Origin: an uncultured bacterium
GTDB lineage: Bacteria > Omnitrophota > Omnitrophia > Omnitrophales > Aquincolibacteriaceae
Assembly: GCA_964434115.1 (NCBI GenBank)
Contig: CAYSSX010000007.1
Span: 82,734-146,733, forward strand
Reading direction: 5' to 3'
Length of the DNA: 64,000 nt
Shown: in pieces, positions 39,001-51,000 of the stretch
Numbering within the stretch: position 1 is the stretch's first letter
Layout: the number at the start of each line of letters is the position of its first letter
Notes under the pieces: generated by a model
What the model was told of the DNA's origin: nothing
Databases searched by the model: none
The model's input: only the letters and a program-made list of their open reading frames with translations
Position numbers and translations under genes: made by a program

Positions 39001-42000
39001 AAAAGTCTACACAGCCAGTCTGTCCAGTATGGTCAATGGGACCTTGACCATCGGCACGCTGAAACTCACTCCCACTTTTGCGCATGATGACAACGACTTC
39101 TTTAAAGTGAATTTGACGTTGGATCCTGTCACGGGTGAAGGTTCATTCAGCCTGGGTGCACGTCCCAAAATGGCGCAGAAAATTTTCGCAGGCGCTCAGC
39201 AGTTTACCTGGGGGGATGAGATCGAAGTTTCCATGCCGCACCGCCCGGACATGAAACTTAAGGGCAAGGCAACGGGAGCGGGCGCCTATGAGCTGGTGGA
39301 TGATGAGGGGAACATCTACACCGTTTCCGCCGCCGGCAATGAAGTTACGATTGACGGTAAAAAGTACAAGTCCCGTGTTTTCAAAAATGACGACCGCGGC
39401 GTCCTGACCCTGGATATGACGATGGAAGTTCAGATGGACAAAAACACCGGCAAATACTTTGTGGACAACCAGGGCGTCCGCGTAGACCTTGTCGATGGCG
39501 CTACGTTCACGTGGAACGGGGAAGACTTTAAAGTTTCCATGAAAGACGAAGGCGGGGGCTTCCAGATCAACCTCCAGAAAACAAGCCTGATCGTAAAAGC
39601 GCCTATCGGCGGCCAGCTGGACCGCCTTACCGGCAGGCCGGTGTCTTCTGACATCCGCCTTGACTGGGATGACACGCTTGGTAAGTACGTCTTCAACGGG
39701 GATCCCGCGCATCCGAAGCAGGTGGCCGAAAATGGATCGACCCTTATCATTGACGGCATGAAATACAGCGTCAGTATCCGTACCGGCCTTGACGGCCAGA
39801 CCCTCATGACGATTACCACGGGTGTGGCCGCGGTCACCGCCATGACGCTTGAATCCCGTTATGTCAGCAACCAGCTTTTGCAGAACCAGGCCGATCCGTT
39901 CAGTCAGCAGGATTCCTCACACTCTGCGGTTTATACGGATGAAAACGGCCTGCGCGTCAAGGCCATCGACGCCAACGGCAGCGTTACCCGTTACTATTAT
40001 TCCCGCGATCCAGTGACCGGTGCGATTCTCCGGGCGCCGAACCTGCAGCCGCAGGAAACCTATGTGGTCATGCCTAACAACATCATCCAGATCCTGGGTT
40101 CTGAAGGGGAACTCCTTGTCACGCTGGATTACAACAAGGAATCCTCGGAAGATCTCACCAAGAACATGAAGGTGGATTTCTGGGATTGGAGCGCTGTGCC
40201 GCCCGTGCTCCGTAAAGGCGTGGTCCTGAACACATTCATGACTGACCCGTCGCGCTTTCACCTTCCGCTTTTTGCCGGATTGGACACTTGGCTTAAGGAT
40301 GTTTCAACCGCGGGTACGCCCGGGACCGTGCGTCCGACCGTGCATTTCTTTGAATATGACCGTGACCCCAAGACGGGAACCATTATGCGTGATGTCTACG
40401 GCCGCCCGATGCAGATGCTGGAAAAAACGACGGACCGTGAAATTCCTCCGTACGGGACGAAGTTCGGCTCCGACTACCTGGACAAAGTCAGCACCCTTTA
40501 TTATGAAAGCGGCGTGCTGATCGGTCAGGACACGGAAATCAAGGATCCTAACGTGGAAGCCGAACTGGCGGCTGTTACGCCTGCCCCCGCATACGCGGAT
40601 TACAAGAAATTCCGCCATGTCCGCATTCGCCCGGATGGCGTGATTGAAACCATTGAAGTAAACCAGAAAGATGAGAACGCTTACCGCACTCAGTGCGCTG
40701 GCGCCGACAAGAAGCAATGCGGTGACCTTCTTTATGTCAGAAATGATGTGCTTCGCATGAAATTTGACCCGGCCACCGGAACGCTTTCGCAGATGGGGAA
40801 GAGTTCGACAACGGACCCGGATTTCTACGCTCCGCTCAGTTTTGGCTCATTTGATTTTCAGTCCACGCTCCTCACGGAAAATCAGATGCTGGTGAAGCGC
40901 ATGAGAAGAAATAACAGCACCAATGAATTCCAGCCGGAACTCAGCCTGCTTTATGAAAGGGCCAAGAACACAGACCCGTGGGTACTCACCAAGGTCATGA
41001 ATGATGCGACCGGAACCATTACCATTCCCAAGGATCCTTCCAGCTACAGCCGTCTGCTTCTTTCAGGCTATGTGGACGCTGCGGGCGCCGCGACAGGCGA
41101 CACCTATGCGGGCCGGGATGTTTATGGGATGCCGGCGAACTGGAACGCACTGCCTACGGCCGATATTACCAATGGCCTCGTCCCGTTCACCTATTACCTG
41201 AAACCTCCGACAGCCGCGGAAGAGAAATACTACATCGAACAGAGAAACCGCCTGCAGTATGCGCTTAATGGCGGTATGGGATTCCAGACGCTCTACCGGG
41301 GATCTACGGAAATGTACGCGCTGGGAACAAGCCCGGAAGATCCTGATCGCAGCGTGACCTTCAACGGTGCGGGCACCGATTACAACCTGGCCGGGTATGC
41401 CATCTCGCGTCTGGGCGGTGTCGAGCGAAACCGCATGACTGGTGAGATTTTTGACACTCTGGTCAAGAATCCTGACGGCGGTCTTCCGATTGAACTTCTG
41501 AATCTGCGTTTCACGCAGGAAATGAACAGCGGTCTTCTGAAGTATGCCGTGGATGCCGGCAACCATAACAATTTCAACCTGGGAGTCATTGAGCGCTGGG
41601 ACCTTGACCTTAAGCCGCTGGACGCCGCCGGAGGTATTGAAAATTCTGCGAACCGCGTTTTTGATACGCTTTATAACAATGCCAAATCCAAGGCCACTTT
41701 TGGTCCGCCGCTTGAAGTGACGGATGAAATCATTCACCGTGAAATTGATTGGCTCAAGGAAGATTTGAGCCGTCTGACCAATGAGAAAGACACGGAATTC
41801 AAACGGATCATTGATGAGTTGTTAAACGGCGCGGCTCCTGGGGACGGTCTTCGCGCCATTGAAAACATGGTTGACCGCGGCGGCTACTATCAGATCAGCG
41901 GTTTTGCTTTTACGGACCAAATGCCGCCGACCGTGGTACTTGATGACATTGCTAAGGCGTACCAGAAAATTGCCGCGGCACGCGGCGGGTCCATGGCTGG

Positions 42001-45000
42001 TATGGCCGGTTTCCTGCAAGGCCTTTCTCAGAATGGCGGCCAGAATATTGGTAACCTGCCCGGTTTTGATGAGCTGAACCGCCGGTCAGGTTATGGCCAG
42101 GCTCTTTTCGGATACTTCTTGAATATGACCATGCTGGCCATGTCTTTCCCGGTCATGATGGGCCTTGCCGGCGGTCTTTCCGGGCTCGGCGTTGGCGCTG
42201 CGATCGGTGAAGCCATTATGGAAGGCGCTTTGATTGCCCCGGACGCCAATATCATTTCTCCGCGCTTTGAATCCACGGACCAGACCGTCCGCCAGATTTT
42301 CAACCCGGAATACTGCTATCCGCCTGATCCGGAATGTCCCACGGAAATCGAACACCGCTGGACACTCAAGGTTCTTAAGGGCTATGCGACAAACCTGACG
42401 GAGTACGTGACCAAGTACGATCAGCCGCTGGATTCCATTGACCCTGTGCTTAAGGATGAAAAAGATGAAACCGGTGACATGGCCAATTCTTTCCTGGATG
42501 AACGGGCGCGTGAAAACAGCAGTCTTGCGCACACGATTGAAAGGTATGTGACCGACCGGTTAAAAGAAATCGAGTTCAATAAAGAGCTTTGCGATACCAA
42601 GGGGGTCTGCGACGCGGACCTTATTAGAGATCCGGATAAAATCGGTATGCAGGATTTCCTGGAAAATTACCTCTGGGAAGAAGATACCGCCTACATGAAT
42701 GTCAACGGTCCGCATGCCGGCCGTGAACAGGCCCGCCAGATGCTGGCCGTGTTCCCGTTTATGACCAAGGAGTTTTACAATACGACGTACGGCGCCAAAC
42801 CGGACAGCGAGGCCTTGGGGCTTTTGGCAGATATCGTGGATTATCAAGTGGCAGCGCTGACACCCCGAAAAGTGGAGTGGGGTCCGCCGCCTTCATCCTC
42901 CGGCGGCGGCACGGGCGGCCCCGGAAGCCCCGGCGGCTCGACGACGACGACACCTCCGGGTGGAACCATGACCGGCTCCGGTTCCGCCGGCTCGGGCATA
43001 CTTTCTGCCGTATCCTGCAATGGAAATCCGAACTGCAAAGTGGTGAGAAGTGAGCTTGTGGGGCCTCCGAACCCCGCGCTTCAAGGCCAGTTTGAAGCCC
43101 TTGATATGAACGAGAAGATGGAATGGCTCCTTGCCGGCAAAGTGAAGCTGGTTTTCAGCGACTCGACGTGGCTGGGCAAGACTATTAAAGACATGATTAC
43201 TAAGACCAAAGTTTACCAGGTCGAAAAAGACGCGGAGTTTGACACCTTCCTTGAGAAGGTTGGTTTTACAACGGCAACAGATTCGACCAAGTTTGATGAG
43301 GTGATGGGCCTTCTTACGCACAACATTGTGACCACGACGACGGACGAAGCTTCCCGTGTGGGCCAGTTGAGCCTTCTTGACGAGGTCCAGAATGAATACC
43401 GTTCTTATATTGAAGAACGGCGCATGGAAGCCAAACGCACAGCCACTCAGCAGGCGGAAGAAAGCCTCAGGCGCAGCGCCAACCTTGTCGGCGGTTACAA
43501 GGCCGACATCATGCAGGCCACTGACCTTGTGGCCTATGATCTCAATGAGACCCGGAACCAGGATTTGCGCGGGTTTGTCCGCTATGAAAATGGCGCGGAA
43601 CCTGCGGCCGATGCCTCAGCCGAAGAGTGGGAGAAATACTGGAAGGAAACCAAGTTCACCACCGGCTGGACGGAAGTTCCCTCCACGCTCCAGTCGCTGA
43701 TTCTGCCTTCTGAAAGGATGATACTCCCGACCGATGCCGAAAAGCGCGAAAGCGGCGTTGCCGGCCCTGACCTTCAATATGCGCTGGGCAACCTTGACCG
43801 TTATGAATACGACGTTGAAAAACTCTTTAAGCAAAGCCTTGAAGCGATCAATAAACTGACCACTGAAACGGTCAACGGCCTCAAGGAACATGCGGCCACT
43901 GAACCGCCTGTCCGCATTGCGGATCTGCAATACACGTCGCCTGATGAATCCGGGCCAATGAGCCAGTTCTTTGCCAAATACATGGATACAATCTGGGAGC
44001 AGGGCCGCACGGATTATGACGGCACTCTGACCGGTGATATGTCGGTCCGTCTGTCCAAGATTGACAGCCTGACCCGTGACATCTCGGGCTTCATGGAAGA
44101 ACTGCTGTCGAATCCGACGAAGACTCTCAATAGCACGGGAGACAATGATTCGCCGCTTCTTAAGATTGAAGATTATCTGGCCAAACTCCGCGAGCTGGAT
44201 AATTCGCTTCTGCTTTTCCAGGAAACCAAACTGAAGCGCGTTTATGACAGCAATGTTCTCGGCGGCAATCCGGCGGATGAGGCCATCACGGGCCTTGGCG
44301 ATATTTTCGATTTCAAGGGAACGACCCGCTACGGTAAAGACCAGGCCACGCATGTCCTCGACTTTGTGTCGAGCCAATACAACCGCTATGTGGACATTGC
44401 CCGCGCTCTCCTCACCGGGTATGAACAGATCCGCAAGCAGAATGGCCTGAATCTTGCGACCGAAGAAATTCGTTTTGACCTTGAGACCGTTGACCTCAGC
44501 CTGAAACTTGACGAAATCCAGAAAGTGGACCCTGAGCGCGCCGTCAAGATCCTTCAGCTGCGCAACCAGGCGCTTTCCATGATCCGGACCAATGATGCGG
44601 TGGCCAACTCCATCGCCTTCGCTTCCGCGGCCCGCTACATCATCAACCGTGAAGTGGCGCGTAATCAATTCTACAAACTTGCCAAGGAAGACGGTCAGAA
44701 GGTCAGCGATCTTGACCCGGCGTACTACCTCGCGTTCCAGGGCGGCAAGTGGGTCGCTACCGGCGGTGACAAGACTTTTGAAACAGACGGTGCGTTTATG
44801 GCCGAATACAAACAGTTCCTGCGTGAAGAGCTGGCGCCGACCAAGGCGTATGTGAACCATTACGTCATGGAATCGGTCGACGATCTCAATAATCGCGATG
44901 ACGCGATGGGTGTTGATGAAGCCGCTGCGGAAGAGGCCCGCCGCGACAGCCACGAATTGGAAAGGCTCAGCGACCCGACAAGCGATTACGCTGAAGACGT

Positions 45001-48000
45001 GATCAAGGACAATGTGAAGCCGGGCGTCAACGTGTTTGAAGAGTATGAATCCAAGGTTTACCGGGAAGTTTACGCTACGAAGATCGGTACGGGCGGCAAG
45101 ATGCTGGCCGACAAATTCGATGAACTTGAAAAGAAGGCTGCAGAATGGCTGAATGCCGCCGCCAAGCGCCGTGTGGAAGAGGGGATTGAGGGTGAAGCCC
45201 GCTTCCAGCAGTCCATCCGCGCGATCAAGGAGTACAAAATCGCTTACCGCGATTACCTCATCCGGTTCCTGAGAGGCGATACCTCGGAAGTTTTTGGAAA
45301 TCCGTTTGATCTTCCCGTGGGAACTCCGATCGAAACGCTCGAAACCGGCGACTTCGGCATCCTTCATAACCTCAGCCTGTATCTTTCCAAAGATGAAAAT
45401 TGGGAGATGACGATTGGCAAGGCCCTGAAAGACCAGTACGGCATGTATGAGCTGGTTGATCCCAAGGGCGCGGATGTCCAGAGCAACCGCCGCTATATTC
45501 TGGACGCCTCCGCGGCCAAGGAAACGGACAATCTCCAGACTCCGTGGGATGAAACCTTGGGCATGCCTTATCAGGATGACAGCTACAAATCAGTCCAGAA
45601 AGAAGTCTTGGTGCGCGGTGATGAAGCGGAACTTGTCATGGGAGAAGAACTGACCCGCCTCGTAAACAATTACGATTCCTGGTTTGACCAGATGGTGGAT
45701 GCGTACCGCGGAGGACTTTCCTATTTTGAAATTAACCAGACTCTGACGCCGGGAGCCGCCGCGGCTGCCCCGGTCACGCCCGGATCGATTCCCGCGGGCC
45801 TTGATATGCAGGCGGCGCGCGAATTGAAATACATGGAAATGCTGGGCAGCTTCCACCTCGGCCAGAGCCTTGCCGGGGCCACGCCCGCGACGGCCGAGGA
45901 TGCCGCGCTGTTCAACAACTTTAAGGCTTCCGTGAACGCGCAGTTTACGGCGGCCGGCACGAGCTACGGTATCAAGAAGAGCAAGGATTTCTTTGATGCC
46001 GTGCACGAAGAGGCCCTGAATATTTACGAAAAATTCCTTTTTGGAGATCCGGCCGACCCGACGCAGCCGGGTGCTTTGACGGAATACCGCAGCGATGTTC
46101 AGAGTCTCTATGAACTTGTGAAAGGTCTCGACAAGAAGGTTTCGAACATCCGTCAGCTGAAGGATGTGGCGCCCGTGGCGCAGGCCCTTGGAGAAGAAAT
46201 TTTCAGCCAGATTTACGACGTGATCCGCAACCTCGGCAATGAAATGCTTCGCGAGCAGATCGTCTATAACCGTCTGCTGATCCTTAAAATCAACGCCCAG
46301 AACTCCCTGAACAATTTCTACATTGAGAAAGTGCGCAAGATCATCACGATCATGCAGCAGCTCACGGCGGGCCAGTACACGAAGTTCTTCTCTCTGCCGA
46401 GAGACTGGTGGAAGCCGTTCTACGCGGGCGATTTCGGGCGCTTTACGGAAAGCGGACGCGATAACTTTATCCGTGACGCGATTGCCGCTCCGCTCGGCCT
46501 CAACTATAACGGCAGCGAAGATGACCGCAATAAGGTTTATCAGGAAATGGGCTTTATCGTCCTTGATTCCCTGACCAATCACGCCTTTGAAATGGGCGCG
46601 ACCAACCAGGAAATGGCCCTGTTTTCAACCGTTGCCGAGATTTTCGGCGAAAGCGTCGGGCCGATCAAATATTTCGACACGAAGAAAGACTTTGACGACA
46701 AGATGAATTACCTGCGGCAGGGCGGAAATCCTAATGACCCGCGCGGCCAGAAGATGACCACCCTTGAAGTCCTCGCGGAATGGCTGGACAAGGGCTTTAT
46801 CACGGAACAGGAATTCTTCAACTACACGGACCCGCACACGGAAACCAAGACCAAGGACGTGAACGTCATTATCGATATGATCCGCTCTTTGGCGGTCTTC
46901 GGCGAGAACCGTTTCAATAATATCATCGTGGGTTACGAGGACGGCATCCCCATCATCAAGAAGACCTATGGCAGCTATGAAAAGAAGATGGAAGAAATCA
47001 AGCGCAAGATGCTTCTTGCCGGCCGGCGTTTAGGCAGTGACGGAACGGTCCGCTTTGACGGCCCTGCCGCCGCTGATACGGCCCGCCGCAACGAAGTGCT
47101 TTCCGACCCGCGCATCAAGGCCGGCGAGGAAATCCGCGGAGACGGACAGCTGGCGAACATTTACAACGAAACCGGTGATTTCAGCGTCATTGTCGCTTCG
47201 CATGCCGATTTCTTTGACGGTACCGACGTGGCGAAGATCGTGACCCGTCCCAAAACGCCGGGTCTTTATGAGCTGGCAAAAACATTTTGTAAAGATACCA
47301 TCGGTGCGGATGGCGCGGACTGCAAAGCCTTGACCCGCATTAATGATCCGGGCGATCCCTGGAACAACGGGCGCTATGACTACACCGGTGAGTTTGAAGA
47401 TCTGTTCCTGGAAGGCGGCGCAGGGGACACGGGCGTCGGCTTGATCAACAGCTATTACAGCTCGGGTTCTGACGAGTGGGAATCCTATGTGCCGGACAAC
47501 TACGGCGGCATTTCAAGCGGCGCGGGTATCCGAGTCAGAACCAATTACGGTATTGACGCCCTGAAGAACAAGGAAGGGTATCTGGACATCATGCACGCTC
47601 TCATGAGCGGCGAATATGCCTCCGGAGATATTGACCCTGTGCTCGGTAAATTCCTCTACGGCTTAGGCGGTGAAAGCGGTATCGCGTCCCTGAACAACAA
47701 CAAGGAAGCCGCCCTGGAAGAAACCCTCCGGGCCATGCGTCTCAAGATTCAGCGGGATTACACGGAAGGCGGCGGCGCGGTTGAACTTTTGGCCCGCGAC
47801 GCGACGCATGTGGCCAATACGGTCCAGAAACTTTATGAAGACACCGTGGCCCGTATTTCGGACTTCTATGAAAACGGATCCGCGGCAGGTAAGGTGGAAG
47901 ACGGTAAACTTCTCGATGATTTCTCCCTGAACGGCCGCCGGAATCTTTCTGACTGGTCCTACAACTTAATGTTCAACTTCTCTGATTTTGATCCGCAGAA

Positions 48001-51000
48001 GTTCACCTCCAGCTCGAACTATGATTACCTGGCGGTTGAGGCGGATCAAGGGCTTAAGGAAATCGGTCTTCTTTCCGAGGCCCGTGACGGCGGCTTCGCC
48101 TCACGTGCTCGGGCTTACCAGAGCAAGTCGATTTTCCTTTCGGAAACCCTGACTGAAATCAACGCCCTTGAAGAGCGTGTCAAAGCCCACGTCACGCTTT
48201 CCGCCGACGGCCGTGTGCTTAACGGAGGCCTGCACTCCAGCGAAATCTGGGCCGGTATTGAAGAACAGAAAAAAGCCCGCCTTCGTGAATTGGAACGTGT
48301 GGGCGCGATCACGGCAGAAGACATTGAAAAGGTCGAAGGCCTTGTGGCCCTGACCGAAGATGAAGCCAAGCTTCTCAGCCTTCTGAATCAGGCGCAGGTT
48401 GCGGTTTCTCTTGTCGACAACCGCGACAACCAGGTGAGAAAAGTTTTCCAGAGCGGCCTTGCGATTTTGGAACAGGTCTTTGCCGGCAAGACAGGCGGCG
48501 CGTTGATCAGTGAAACCGTACGTTCCCTGCGTGAAAACGGCCTTATTGATGAACACACCCGCCAGGTCCGTCAGGAACTCCAGCGTGACAAGTACGGTGT
48601 TGCGCATTTGGTGGAAATCACAGAAATCACCAACAGCGTAAGCAATGCCGCAGGTGAACGGGCTGTTACCGGTTTTTGGGTGAACACAGTGGGTGAGCCG
48701 CTCAAACTGCAGGATTGGGACAGCTTCACGATTGATAAACCGTATGAAACCGTGCGTCTGCACAAAGATATTTTTGAACAGATCTTTGATTCTATTAAAG
48801 AAACACTGCAGCCAGTTTGGGACTATGTCCTGAAGCCTGTGGTGGATTACTTGACATATGTTAAAGATTTTTGGGTTGAGCAATGGAACAACTATGTGGT
48901 TCCTGCCGCGAACTGGGTTTGGAACAACGCGATTGCCCCTTGGGCCGTGCCCCTCTGGAATAATGTCGTAAAGCCTGCAGTAGAAACGGTTGGAGGATGG
49001 ATTAAAGAGGGGGCGGCTTGGGTTGGTAAGCAGATTGTTGCGGGTCTTGAAATCGCACGTGATTTTCTGCGGCCTATTGTGAGCGAAGTTGGCAGCTGGA
49101 TTAACTGGGCGGGACAGCAAGTCGTGGCTGCGTGGAATTGGTTTGCGTCGACAGAATTAGCCAACTGGTTGGTGAATGGTGAAGGTATTCTCCACACTCT
49201 GGCTTGGGGAGCCATTATTGCCGGATCTTTGTTGATTGCGCCTTCATGGTTTATTTACGCAGCCGTAGGAGCGGGTGTCCTTGCAGCTGTTGCCAATTCT
49301 GATTTCGAAGCAGGCTTTGTTTCGTTGATGAATGGCATGATCAACTTTACGAATAACGCCGTGAGAGTTGTTAATAACACCGTCGATTTTGTCAATAAAA
49401 TCATCAATAGCAAGAGCCCGGTTGAGGTGCTTAGTCACCTTGGGCATGCCATTAAGGATATCGGCGATTGGATTACCGCGAATATTGTTAGGCCCATTCA
49501 GAGCGCTCTTGTTCATGCCGCTGCAGCTATTCTCCGCTGGGCAGAGGCGAATCCCGAAATGGCGATAGCCGTTGCTATTGGCGTGGGCATCGCCTTGATT
49601 GCGCTTGCGATTGCGGGAGCGATCTTTTTTGCTCCCTTGCTTTTCGCGGCAGCCGGCACGCTCTCCTTTGGGGCGTCCATCCTGGCGACCGTTCTGACCG
49701 TATCCCTTTTGACCATGACGCTCGCCGGAATCATCCTTTTAGTGGGTGGAATTGCCGCGTATAACCAGGGTTCTCTTGCCGATAAAAAAGCCGTGATCAT
49801 GGCCACTTACACAGCCGCGATTCTGCTTGTGGGAAATATTTTGGGCGTGGGAGAACATGATTACAAACGGATCATGGGTAAAAATAATATTGTCACCCAG
49901 AACATCGCACTCATGAATAACCTGGCTCAGAACAGCTTTTATCTTTCCCTGGCTCTGAATCTGGCACTGATTGGCGGTTTTGTCGGAGCTGCCTTTGCCC
50001 TTGGCGGCGTAGGTTTTCTTCTTTTGATTCCTGCACTTCTGATCGGTGCAGCCACGCTTGCAGGCGCTAATTTCTTTACCATGACAGGCCTTAAGTTTAG
50101 TGGCGTTTTGGGTCTTGCTGCGGATGTAATTCTATTTATCGCCAGCATGAAACTTTCCGGCTGGTCAACCGGTGTTTCCAAGAAGTTCGCGAGCATGGTC
50201 CCGGAAGTGACCAGCACGTTCCGGGGTATGCTGTCTGCTATCGCGGGCCGAATCCTGGGGACGGTTAAAGGATTGCTTGGCTTTAAAGGAAACTGGATTT
50301 TTGTCAAAGCCATGGTGGCGCAGACGCTTTCAACCGGTTCATTTGCCCTTTCTTTGAGACTTTGGATGAACATGATGTTCAGCGGCGCCCAGGCCACGAT
50401 TTCAAGTCTTGGTACCTTGATGAATTTGATTTCGGCGGGTTCGGGCAATGGACTGGTCAACTATGATATTCGTCAGAATTTGTTTCAGATGGCCAACGCT
50501 CTTAAACAGTACGCAAATCCGTCGAATAAAGAGGCGTCTGCGTTCGCGAAATTTTTCGCCAATCTTTTGGGCGGTTTTATCAGTACCGCCCTCCATTTGG
50601 GCAATATCAGCGGGGAGTCGTCACTTTTGACCTTCCTTCATACCATGCCCCTTGGGCCCGCGTTGTTCTTGCTGGGTCCCATGGGTTTGTATTTGGGACA
50701 GAAATTCGGGCTCAGTTTCCTGAACGCTATCCCGGACATCAGCCAGAAGGCGATCCAGATGGGAAGTCAGAATTTCCTGGCTAACTTCATCGGCCAGGGA
50801 TTGAAGGGGTTCCTTGACGAAGTGTTTGTGGAAGGTATTGGCGGCGATGTGACGGAGTTGCTGCTTATTACGATCGGAGTTGACAAGGATGCCGCACAAA
50901 CTCTTGCCGAGCAATTCGCAGAATTCCTTTCTATGGGCGGTGAAGGCGGCGCGATTAGCACCAGTGAAAACCTGGCCGCGCTCCGCGATTTTATGGGCAC

